Shown here: positions 52,807 through 64,000 of the stretch, in pieces
Layout: the number at the start of each line of letters is the position of its first letter
Position numbering within the stretch: the stretch's first letter is position 1
Assembly (NCBI RefSeq): GCF_048593235.1
Contig: NC_133618.1
Span: 406,676,562 to 406,740,561 of the forward strand
Length of the DNA stretch: 64,000 nucleotides
Direction of reading: 5' to 3'
Source of the DNA: Sminthopsis crassicaudata
Lineage: Eukaryota
Notes under the pieces: generated by a model
The model's database searches: none
What the model was told of the DNA's origin: nothing
What the model saw: only the letters and a program-made list of their open reading frames with translations
Translations under genes and position numbers: made by a program

Positions 52807-55800
52807 TAGATTTAGATTTGACGTAAAGACAAAACTTTCTTAACAATCAGAGCTGTCCAGAGGTGTTATAGGCTGTCTCTGGAGATGGGGTTTTTCCCTC
52901 ATCCAAAGGTCTTCAAACGGAGGCTAGATAACAATTTGAGATTATAAGGGGAATTCTTGTTCTGTTCCAGAATCCTTTATTGGGGTTTTGTGATTCTATG
53001 TCTCATCTAAATTGTGTTGTAGGGAAAATATTAGATTTGGGTTCAATTGGCCTCTCAGAGCCTCAATTTTTTCTTCTCTGTCAAACGGGACAATAATACT
53101 TATATCACCTAACTCATACGACCATAACATTTAGGACTGGAATAGTAACAACAACTATCAGCAATTATATGGTGCTTGATGGTTTGCAAAACTCATCTAG
53201 TCCAACTTTTTATTTTCAGTATTCTCATTTGATCCTCATAATAATTGTAGGAAGTGCTATTATTATCTTCATTTTTCAGATGAAGAAATTAAGGCACAAA
53301 GAGTTTAATGGAATCCCTCAGTGTCACACAACTAGTAAAATGTCTGACTTCAAAGTTCTCCTGACATCAAGGGTCATTCCCACTAGAAGTAGCTAGAGAT
53401 GATTTAGGCCCATGGTTGAAAAATTCTTATGACTAAGAAACATCATAAGCCATAGGGTTCCATGTAAATGTAATCTGTTATGCATCTTCTCATTCTTAGT
53501 AGCAGAACTTTCTTTAGAGGACTATACTTTGAATTGCAAGGCCTTATGCCTTTAATCAGTGACTAAGGAAGATGTTACCAAAAAATTGTGACTATATTTT
53601 TCTTTCCAGGTGGTTTTTAAATGATAGAATAGGAAATCCTGTGGCCTGGATTGGGAAGAGTCAGGAGATAGAGGTTCTAGGATTGACTATCTCCTGTGGG
53701 ACTTTGACCATTCACTTTTCTCTCTGGACCTCAGTTTCCCAAACTGTAAAGTGAAGGAATGGAGTAGATAAACTGTAAAATCCCTTTCAATTTCTATGTG
53801 GAATGGTGCAATGATCTTTCATGTAGTACATCCAGTCATCCATCCATCCATCCACTGATCCATTCATCCAAACCCTCACTACTTATTAACACTAACACAT
53901 AAAGCTGGATCATAGGATTTAAGGTTAGAAAGAATCTCAAATATCATCAATTATAAGGACATAACATATTTAGATCATTCAGTCTATCTCTTCTTTTTGT
54001 AAATAAGGAAAAATTAAGACCATGGAAGTGAGGTGAGGTAAGGTGAGGTGACTTTTCTCAGGTCATTTAGAAAACAGAAGAGAGCCAGGCTTTGGATCTC
54101 GTTGATATTGTTTTCTTTGATAGTATTGTTCCCCAACACTTCTTCTGCCCTTCCCCAATATATAATATATATCCTATTAGGATAAACATTGCTCCTTTGT
54201 GTCTACTTTTTCCTTCAAGACTATTCTTCATGTTCATTTTACCCCAACTTCACTTGGTTATAGTTATTAGGTGCCAGAGGGATGCTTACAGTTTGATTTA
54301 CCATGGACTTCTTCCTCCCAAGAATAGTTTTGCTGGGAAGCTTTTATTTTCTTTTTTTTCCAGTGACAGCTGTGGAGCAAATGGGTTCTTTGATGCCCTC
54401 CAAGCAGCCTAATGACATAGTAGTATTGGCCACAGTTTTCCACCTCTGCTGAGGCTTCCTTTCATGACCTAAAATGTCTGAATCACAGAATCTTTTCTGA
54501 GCTCATCTCTGGTTTGGGCTGTATAGAAGCATTGTGGGGGTTCCTGGAGAAGCTAGCTTCAATAAATAAGGAAGTTAATTTTCTCTGAGGCTTGGATGAG
54601 AAGAAATGGCAAAGGGAACATGGGTCAGGAATGACTTTTATGGAGAGGTAAGACTTTAACTAGATCTTGGAAGAAGGATTGAAATTTAAATAGACAGAGA
54701 AGAGGGGAGGAAAACATTCCAGAGCTGAGAAAGCCATGTAAGCAAAGACTGAGGCAATTCTCACATTTCAAAGCATAGAACAGAAGGTCAGGAAGGAATT
54801 TTCCCCCCTGTATGCTCAATGTTATGCAATCAACAAGAGAGATTCAGAGAACATTTTGCTACTTGCAAAAGTGCTAGGCAAAAAAAAAAAAAAAAAAGTA
54901 ACCTTGGCTTTTGTTTGTGTAGGACTAATGAATAGAGTAGTAAGATGGGGTCCCAGGATTTTCCCATCACTAGTTATATAATTAACATGCTAGGTGACCT
55001 TAGGCCAGCCCCAGAATCTCTGTTTTCAGTTCTTCCCTTTCCAAAATGGAACTGGTTTTATTTGCTACCTGCCTGTTCTATGAAATTGTGAGGATGAGAT
55101 CATGTCTGTAAAGCAAAGAGTCTTAAACAGAAAAATACTACCGAAATAGAAATGATGATGACAATATTCCTAAATGTTAGAACCATTTGGACAGATGCCC
55201 TTCCATTCCTCAAGAGACTATTTATTAATTGCATACTGTACATTGATCTAAAAAGAAGGATTGTGGCTTGTACCACTGAGCGACTGAGGGACTGAAAGGG
55301 ACTTTGTGATTCAGAAATTCTAAAATGGCTTTTGGAAAAATCTTGGGTATAGAAAGATATTTCAACATTCAGTATGTGCCTGTGGAACGCCTATCCGAAT
55401 ATGAAGATTTGAGAGATTAACTCCCCATCCTCAGCCATTACTTAGAGTTCTGTAATGGACCTGTGTGGAACGGTATCCAGTTCCTGGTTCCCAGGTGCCA
55501 GAAGAGCATGGATTGGATGGGTATCATTCATTGCTAGGGGTGATTTGAGGATCTACCTTTGCCTGGGGATTGGTTTCAAGTGGGGGTGGTTTGGATTCTT
55601 GTTATGCAATGCTCTGAAAAGCTGACACTAATTAAGCTGGGGTTCAAGGGAACTGGAAAGTAAACATGACTTTGTAGAAATATCTGAGAGAAAACCAACT
55701 GATTTGGGGAAAGGGAGTGGGGGGGTGTGGAGTGTTCTTATAATTAATCATCCTCTGATCATTCATGTTGTCCACTAGGCAACTTTCATGAGTCTAGCAT

Positions 55801-56619
55801 TTAAAGATAGGTATGAGTGAAACAATAACTGACTTGAAACAAAATCCAGGGTTGGGGTTCAAATAACATACTGTGGGCAATGTAGCATCTTCTAGTTCCT
55901 TAAAAGGGCTCTTGTCTCCTTAACAAATTTGATGCTTCCAACCTATAGGGAACTTAGAAAAAGGCAGAGAAGAAAGACAAATTTAATAGCTACTCTCTTG
56001 TCTGCACACAGTTTAAATTCATGCCCCTCCATCATTCATTCATTCATGCATGCATGCATTCCTTCAAACAAGCATTTACCAAGTGCAATGCATTGTGGGG
56101 AATGTAAAGATAAATAAGACAGTCTTTTTATTCAAGTAAGCTCTGTGTCTGTCTTTGAGGGAAACATCCCACAAATGTTCTTTCAAACTGAATTTAAATC
56201 CTATTGTCTTAGCACTAGAATTTCAGTGCCTCGAATAGAGACCACATTTCTATTCCTTTTTTTATCTCTCATAGCACGTACAACCAGGCTGTGTGCACAG
56301 ACCAGTCATTTACCAGCACATGTGTCAGCATCCCAGTTCTGCCACTTCCACCTTTGTGGAGCCTAGGAAGACCACTCTAAACTATGAAAGTTTGGGCTGA
56401 CTCTTTTCTTGCTCCCCTTCCTCCTCTTAAATTAGTGGATAGAATTGCAAACATCCTTAATTGCTGCCTGATGCCTTTCATATAGCACTCTCCCCAGAAA
56501 TCCAGCAAACATTTAAGTAACTATTTTGAACAAGGGACTTGCATTATGCAAGGTACTGAGAATATTATACAAAGACAAAGAAGAATAGACTCTACCTTCA
56601 GGAACTTATAGTCTAATAA

Positions 56620-57545
56620 CAGAAAAGGAAAATGATCAATGATGGTGAGGATGTGGGAATATCGGGACATTAATGCACTGTTGGTAGAATTATAAACTTG
56701 TCCAACCATTCTGGAAAACAATTTGGAACTATGCCCAAAGGGTCATAAAATGGTGCATATCCTTTGACCTAGTAATACCACTACTAGGACTTTATCCCAA
56801 AGATATTTTAAAAAATGTATGCACAAAAATATTAATAGCAACTCTTTTTGTGATGACAAAGAATTGGAAATTGAGGGGATGCAATTAATTGGTAAATGAC
56901 TGAACAAGTTGTGGTATATGACTGTGATGGAGTACTACTGTACTATAAGAAATGGTGAGCAGAGGGGCAGCAGGTGGGGCAGTGGATAGAGCACCAACCC
57001 TGAATTCAGGAGGACCAGAGTTCGGATCTGGTCTCAGACACTTAACACTTCCTAGCTATGTGACCCTGGGCAAGTAACTTAACCCCAGCCTTTAAAAAAA
57101 AAAAAAATGGTGAGCAGGATGATTTCAGAAAAAACTGGGAAGATTTATATAAATGATACAAAGTGAAGTGAAGCAGAACCAGCAGAACATTGTGCACAGT
57201 AACAGCAATAATATAAGAATGATCAATGTTGAAAGACTTTGCTATTCTGATCAATACAATGATCCAAGATAGTCTCAAAGGACTAACAATGAAAAATGCT
57301 ATCTCCAAAGAGAGAACTTATGGATTCTGAGTGCAGATTGAAACATATTTTTTTCACTTTCTTTATTTTTCTTGCTTTTTATATTTTGGCAACTTCACTA
57401 TGGAATATGGAAACATGTCTTGCATGATTTCTCATGTATAATTATTATCATATTTCTTATCTTTTCAATGAGTGAGGGAGGGGCAGACAGAGAATTCAGA
57501 AATCAAAATTTAAAAAATATAAAGAATGCCAAAAATAAATAATTA
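56620..57545 (+). mobile_element. Degraded LINE-1 ORF2 C-terminus and 3' UTR; host of the WSINE1-like insertion
   Basis: Remnants of W.GCG..GTL.HCW...QPFW...PFDP.IPLLGLYPK. Confidence 0.9.
56963..57104 (+). mobile_element. WSINE1-like tRNA-derived SINE, full length, inserted in an L1
   Basis: GGGGCAGC.AGGTGG..CAGTGGATAGAGCACCA...GAATTCAGGAGGACC...AACCCCAGCC plus A tail; 13-bp TSD AAATGGTGAGCAG at 56950-56962 and 57105-57117. Confidence 0.85.
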
Positions 57546-58999
57546 TTTTTTAAATCTGGAACCTCTGATCTGCCTCTTAAAAGATTACTGACCCTTATAG
57601 TAAGTTTAAGAAATAAGTATTGAGTAGACAATTTTCTAATATGCTATGAAAGAAACTATGTCCTTATTAAGACCAATCTTGGCAGGGTATTTAAAGTCCA
57701 AAGCAGATTACTAAAGTTTTCGAGGGCATTGGACCTGCAGAAGAAAAAAAACAGGTACATAACTGAATTGTGAGGCTCATCTTGAAGACTTTTTGAAATC
57801 TATCCAAAGATTCTTTGGGATATCTGTGGACCTATAATAAAGTTAAGAAACTTTATTAGAGATGTAATAGGAAATCATTGAAGATTATTTCAATTGGAGA
57901 GTGATATGGTTAGATCTGTGTTTCAGGAATATCAATTTGGCAACTGTGTGGAGGATGAACTTGAGTGGGGAGATACTTGAGATAGGGAGCTTCAAATATA
58001 AGTAGCAGAAACCTTAGAATGATCAGAGTAGGTTATAAATTTTAATATCTGACCACAGAAAAGAGCTGGATGTTCAGATTCTTATCAATATTGAGGCAAA
58101 TTGACAACTCTAATTGTTCCTTAAGATACCCTTTTTAAAACCAATAAACCTGTATTTTGGTTAGTGGTGGACCCAACAAGCATTTAGAATCACAGCAGCA
58201 GAAAATTTAGAGAAGGAATCTGAGAGATGTTTTAGGTGAACAACCTCATGTCTTTTTTGTGTGTGGTGGACTGTTAAGGTGCCAATAGCAAATGTGAATG
58301 CAGGATATGAGGGAATCACCGGGGATTACCATCAAGTAATTCTTAGTACNNNNNNNNNNNNNNNNNNNNNNNNNNNNNNNNNNNNNNNNNNNNNNNNNNN
58401 NNNNNNNNNNNNNNNNNNNNNNNNNNNNNNNNNNNNNNNNNNNNNNNNNNNNNNNNNNNNNNNNNNNNNNNNNNNNNNNNNNNNNNNNNNNNNNNNNNNN
58501 NNNNNNNNNNNNNNNNNNNNNNNNNNNNNNNNNNNNNNNNNNNNNNNNNNNNNNNNNNNNNNNNNNNNNNNNNNNNNNNNNNNNNNNNNNNNNNNNNNNN
58601 NNNNNNNNNNNNNNNNNNNNNNNNNNNNNNNNNNNNNNNNNNNNNNNNNNNNNNNCTCTATCTTTATGTCTCTCTTTTTGTGTCCTTTTTCACATAAATG
58701 ACTGTATAACATTCACATTTACACACACACACACACATCTATTATCAACAACAAGGTCCCTCTCCTGACAGCAACACAGGAAGCAGCTAAGAAAGTTAAT
58801 AACAGAATGGGGAGCCCACTTGCAGCACTTCTTAATCCTCCATCCTACTACGAATGCTGCTCTGGGCTGGTTTCTCCTTTGAGATTCAGATAGCAGCACT
58901 TTCAGTGCCCTTCCCTGACCAGGTGTTAGAATAGAAGGCTGAGGGAGGAAGGGTGGAGAGAATGGGTGTGGTATTCTGATCTTCGTGGTAGGTGAAAAA

Positions 59000-59769
59000 G
59001 AACAACAATGATCAGCTGAGCAGCCTTAGCCCCACCTTCAGTCCCTTTCGGGCAAAAGAGAATTGAGATCAGCTAATATTTGGCAGTAGAGAAGATCTGT
59101 CCTTGGTCAGAAACCTTGATAGTAATGCTGAGAGGGAGTTTCAAAATTTTGAGGCCTGCTTTGCACAACAGCCTATCTACTCCCATATCCCCTTCCCCTA
59201 CCAGGTCACACGGCTAAAAGAAGCTAAAGGGAGGTCAGTGCAAAAGATTTTTTTATTTAAGAGAAAAATGTAGGCTTGTGCCCAGTTTGCTTATCCCCTT
59301 TGGAGTGGGGGACCTTGGACTTGGGTTTTTTAAGCATAAGTCTTTAACAGGTTTTAGTTTGATTGAGGCAACAGGCTAGGTAAAGAAATAAGGCAGAGAA
59401 TGGCTTAAAAAAAAAAAATCGAGAAGAGCAATAGGGTTTCTGGCCAAAATACAAACAATTGTTATTTACATTCATTCTGAGCCAGCCTGGGCCCAAATAG
59501 GTACCTAGTAGTTCTAGGCTAGGATATATTATTGATCAAACAGTGGGAGCCAGAGTGATTTGGATTTAAGGTTTGGTTCTAGTCCACGAACTCTAACAAT
59601 CTGGCTTAAAGGATAAAGATCTGGCCTCAGGGCAGGAAGATAACTTCAAATCTTGCTTGGCTGATATTAGTTGTCCGTGTTCTTATCCTATGTAACTTCT
59701 GCTAAGTCTATGCAACTAAGACTAACCTGCAGAGAAGACACTGCTTTCTACTGAGAGTTTCTTACTGCA
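59000..59769 (-). mobile_element. LTR-like element antisense within CYFIP2 intron 1; boundaries uncertain
   Basis: Minus strand begins TGCAGTAAG and has an AATAAA (TTTATT at 59252-59257 on +) followed by U5-like sequence; no TSD found. Confidence 0.35.
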
Positions 59770-60643
59770 TAGAAATCACAGATCATGAGTCCTTAATGTT
59801 TAGTGTTTTGTCTTAAATCTGTATCTTGTGATTTCTTTGACATTCCCTCTGCGGAAACACCCTCCCCCAGGACAACTCAGCAACTCTTCTGTAATTTAGT
59901 TTTCATGAGTTGTTTTCTGGGCACTAAGGGTTTCTGATAGTGAGTGTCAGAGACAGGAACTGGGCCTAAATCTTCATCACTCCAAGGCTGCCCCTCACTA
60001 TGTGACTCTCTTTCCCTGAGCGCTTCTTGGTAGACAATACTTAGATTGAAATGAGAGATGCAATTTTAGAACTTGATGTAGGAATTAAAAAAACTGATTG
60101 GGCTAGACTGCTTCCATCATCCTTTGATAAGAAAAGTTCACTTTCATTCTAAGTGAGAATTGGATTACCTAAGTTAAACAATGAACCTATATCAAGCCCC
60201 AAAGTTCATAAAAAACAACCAAGAATTATTTATAAACCAGATAGCTTGCTTCTCAGTCCATTCTGTCCTGCTAGATTGATTCACATTGGATTTTCATGGC
60301 AAAAGTTTCTATCTGTCTGGCTAAGGAGGAAACTTGGTTCTGCCATTAGCTATGTGAACTTGATTAAATTATTTTGCTATTCTGGGCCACATCTAAAAAA
60401 TGAGTGGTTTAGAGTAGATTACTTCTCAGATCCTTTCCACCTCAGACATATTGCATTCTAAGGTCCTTTTCAACTTGGACATTCTACATTGTAAGGTATT
60501 TTCTAGCACTTAAAGCCAATATTTATTCTAGTTTAATATTCTATGTTCTAAGGTCACATTCCCTAAGACTCCTTAGAATTCTAAAATTCTGTGTTCCAAA
60601 TTTTCTTTTAGCTCCAACAGTATATATGTTCCTTGTTCTAAGG

Positions 60644-60837
60644 CAGTGGCTTTCAAACTTCTCAGAAATTCTAAGTTCTTAAAAATCATTGAGGATACTC
60701 CAAAAAAATTTTTTTGAGTTATATCTATCAATATTTGTTGTATTAGAAATTTAAGCATCTTAGCATCATTATGAAAAATAATTTTGACCCCACTGGAGAC
60801 TTTTAGGGTCCCCAAAACCAAACTTTGAGAACTTCTG
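60644..60837. mobile_element. hAT-Charlie-type MITE
   Basis: Imperfect TIRs CAGTGGCTTTCAAA / TTTGAGAACTTCTG; 8-bp flanks ttctaagg / ttctacag (6 of 8 identical) fit the NTCTARAN Charlie target. Confidence 0.7.
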
Positions 60838-61091
60838 TTCTACAGTAATTTCTAACAATTAAGTACTAGGTCTTTTAGCTGTTAGGTTCTAGGTTCATTC
60901 CTAATTTTAATATAAGGCTAGTTCCTTTCCAATCTTGACACGCTATATTATATGTTAAAGAATTCCTTCACCCTGAATTCTATAGTTGATTAGCTCAGAG
61001 CACTTTTCTCTCTTCTAGCCTAGAGACTTCTCATCACAGGACTTTTTCTGGCTAGATTGGGGAAGCCCCATCCATAGACCATCTGTGGTAA

Positions 61092-61125
<34 letters not shown>

Positions 61126-64000
61126 TGTTATAGAGAAGAAGCATTTGGGCCCCTTCCTCTGGTACCTCCCTTTGGTTCAAGTCTTGTGAGACAGGAAGTT
61201 GCCCAGAGGAGCAATGTGGGTGTGCCTTGCTGTCATTGATTGTGGCACCTGTTCAATGAAAACTCGGTTTCTTTCCACCCTAAGCCTTTGAAGCAGAGGA
61301 CATCTGAGGCTGTATCTAGTTGGAAAGTGAACTCAGAGTTTGCTAGTAGAGCTATACTTTCTTTTGGGGAAGAATTAGAAATTGAAGAGATTTATCATCT
61401 TCCTAATTGCTTTTCTAAATTGCTTAATGATTTACAAGACATTTTCTTTACTACAAGCCTATAAGGGAGGTAGAACATATGTAAATATATCTCTGTTTTC
61501 CAGATGAGGAAACAGAGTCATAGGCCTTATACAACTTGGCTCAGGTTACATAGCTAGTGAATATCTGAGCTGGAACTTTATTTAGACATCTATCAAACCA
61601 TCCACCAAACACTTATTTTGTTCCAGATGCTGGAGATACAAAGGAAAGGGAACAAGCATTTATTAAGCATCTATGTGTCGGTGAAATATACTATCACAAC
61701 AAACCTGTGAGGTAGATACTATTATTATCCCTGTTTTTAGGTAAGGAAACTGAGGCAAAGAGTAAGTATATGAGCTAGAGTTACAAAGCCAGTGAGTCTT
61801 TGAAACAAGATGGTTAGAGTGATAGAACACTGGGACTTGGAGTAAGGAGGAACTAAGTACAGATATGACCCTAGACATTTCCTAGATGTGTGATCCTGGG
61901 CAAATCAGTTACCTCATTTCCATTATCTACAAAATAAGTTGAAGAAAGCAACAGCAAACCTCAGTATTTTCGTCAAGAAAACCTCAAGAAGTAGTGACAG
62001 AGTTGGACACAATTTCCTGAGTTTAGACCTAGTACAATTTTTAAAAAATGAAACAGTTTCTGCCCTCAAGGAACTTAATGTTCAATTGTTGGAGGAAAGG
62101 TGCAGATTATGTAAAATGACAGTTAAATACAAAATATGCACAATGTGGATACAAAGTAATTTACAGGGAAATGGCACTTAGATTTTAGGGAATGTCAGCT
62201 AAGGATCAAGCTGGTTTATTGGAAGATAATGGGATGTGATAGTAGTGAGGAGAGAGGGCATACCAGTCATGGCAGAAAGCCTCTGCAGTCAAAGAGGTGA
62301 AGAAATAGATTGTTTGGGGGGAGAGGTGAATAGTGAAGGGAGCTAATTTGGCCAGACTTAATGAGGGGGAGTCATGAGAAAAAAGCCTACAAAGGAAGGC
62401 TAGATCCAGACTGTTATCTTGTTATTCTTGCTATTATTGTTGTTGTTTGTCCTTGGTTCTTGAAGAGGATCATTACATCAGGGAGGTGATAGCATGACAT
62501 GCCAGTGAATTGGGTTTAAGTGAAGGCGGGCTGTGTAAGGTCCTATAAAAGTCAAAGAAACAAGTTTGCTTTCTCTTTTAGAGAAAAAAGGAAGTTTCTG
62601 GAGCTTTTCAAATGGGCAATAATATGGTCACCCCTGTACTTTTGGCATATCAATTTGTCAACTTTATGGAGGATATATTAGAGAGCCATGAGATGGGATG
62701 CATGAAAACTAATAGCCTGGACAAGAGGTGATGAGGATCTGAATTCAAGTGGTGACTGAATAGAGAGAAGGTCTTAAGCTTGGTTCTTTTGACTCCAAGG
62801 CCAGTGTTCTTTGCACCGTGCAACTTATCACTACATCATTTATGTATAGATGGATACTTTATATGCTATGTAACTGTGCATACCTGGAATTCAGATAATT
62901 TTGTAACGAATGAGCACAGTGGGATTATTAGACATTTGATCAAGAATAGCATATCATTATTTCACAAAATAAGAACTCCTAGTTTCTCATCCCACCTGTG
63001 CCATTATCTGAGGTAAGTAATTTTCCTTCCCTGGACTTCATTTTCTTCACCTATAAAAAGAGATAATTAGATTAGATAAGCCCAACAGCCCTTTCCACCT
63101 TTAACAGTTTTTGTATCTGTAGCATCTCTAGGGCTATCTCCCTGTAACATGTTCTCCACTGTTGGCTTCCTGGGAAATGAGCATCCCCAAGGTCTGTGGG
63201 TCTACATTCCTAAAACTGTAATTTACAAGCTGCCACTAATATTTTTATTTTTAATAGTGAGACAGAGAACATAATAGCACAAAGCAAAGGTATTTACTGA
63301 GGTGTCATTATAAGAACAATAGAAACCACTAGGTAAAAAGCACTAGCCTGAAAAGTCAGAAAGATCTGGGTTCAAATCCAACCTCAGTCATTTCCTAGAT
63401 GTGACCCTGGACAAGCCTATTAAACTCTTTTGGCATCAGTTTCCTCATTTGTCAAAAGTAAATTATTATATCTCCTATGTTGAAGGGTGATTGTGAATAT
63501 CAAATAAAACACATGTATGCATGTACATGTGTACAGTTCTTTGAAGGTGATATAAATGTATATGCGTATACATATATACAAATATGTGTGCATACATATA
63601 TACACATGTGTGTATATACATATATGCTAGCCATTATTATTTCAAACCATTCCACCCATAAACATGGCACCTACTTTTTCACAAATACACACAACATTAC
63701 TAGGATGAATGGGGACATCTATGGAGTAAATTATTAAAGAGACATATACTTATGGAACACATGTGACCAAGACAGCTCTGATGCCGCAGATCCTGATATC
63801 CTTTTTTTATGATATCCTCATCTTCTCCTCTGTATATATCATCTTTGCTTGCCATGTCATTATGATGGTCTCCCCAGGCTTTTTCCCAACTAGATAAGGT
63901 CTTCTAGGCAAGTAGTTCCACTGGAAGATGCCAGGACTGATAGGGAGGAGTAAGGAAAAAGAATCCCCTTCCTTCCAGTGGGCAATGTTATTCCATTTCA

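Larger units (their letters stand above)
31072..58655. other. Assembly gaps: N at 31072-31225, 50028-50325, 50451-50650 and 58350-58655
   Basis: Direct reading. Confidence 0.99.
47065..64000 (+). other. CYFIP2: CYFIP2 intron 1 (continues beyond the window)
   Basis: No MTTHVTLEDALSNVD-coding exon found up to 64000. Confidence 0.7.

Noticed and set aside
56963-57040. tRNA-like A/B-box sequence
   Set aside because: It is the head of a tRNA-derived SINE, not a tRNA gene. No tRNA, rRNA or snRNA gene was recognised in the window.
63921-63932. CTGGAAGATGCC, identical to the recalled CYFIP2 codons for LEDA
   Set aside because: The flanks do not encode MTTHVT or LSNVD, there is no acceptor, and a stop follows. 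This is a chance match.

Overview
This is eukaryotic genomic DNA from a marsupial, probably an Australian (dasyurid-like) species judging by WSINE1-type, MAR1-type and RTE-type repeats and the L1 3' UTR. It is a draft assembly with four N-gaps. The window holds the 3' half of ITK on the + strand: 10 coding exons, 139-29172, encoding the SH2 and tyrosine kinase domains, all GT-AG and in frame, followed by a roughly 2.5 kb 3' UTR. After a repeat-rich intergenic stretch come a CpG island (about 46.55-47.8 kb) with the non-coding first exon of CYFIP2 and about 17 kb of CYFIP2 intron 1. CYFIP2 exon 2 is not in the window. The ITK-CYFIP2 order matches human, as I recall it. I found no evidence of a wholly new biological system. 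The best leads are: (1) a short duplication at the CYFIP2 exon-1 donor that carries an upstream ATG, possibly in frame with the CDS; (2) a C9orf72-type (GGCCCC)5 repeat in the same exon; (3) an E-to-K charge reversal in ITK helix G; (4) a miR-155 8mer in the ITK 3' UTR; (5) a nested L1-in-L1 insertion with two intact target-site duplications; (6) an unidentified 93-bp module present twice in ITK intron 13; (7) a fold-back element and a perfect TGGGAA dyad in ITK introns; (8) CTCF-like motifs around the CYFIP2 promoter. All comparisons to human or mouse sequences and repeat-family names are from memory, not from database searches.
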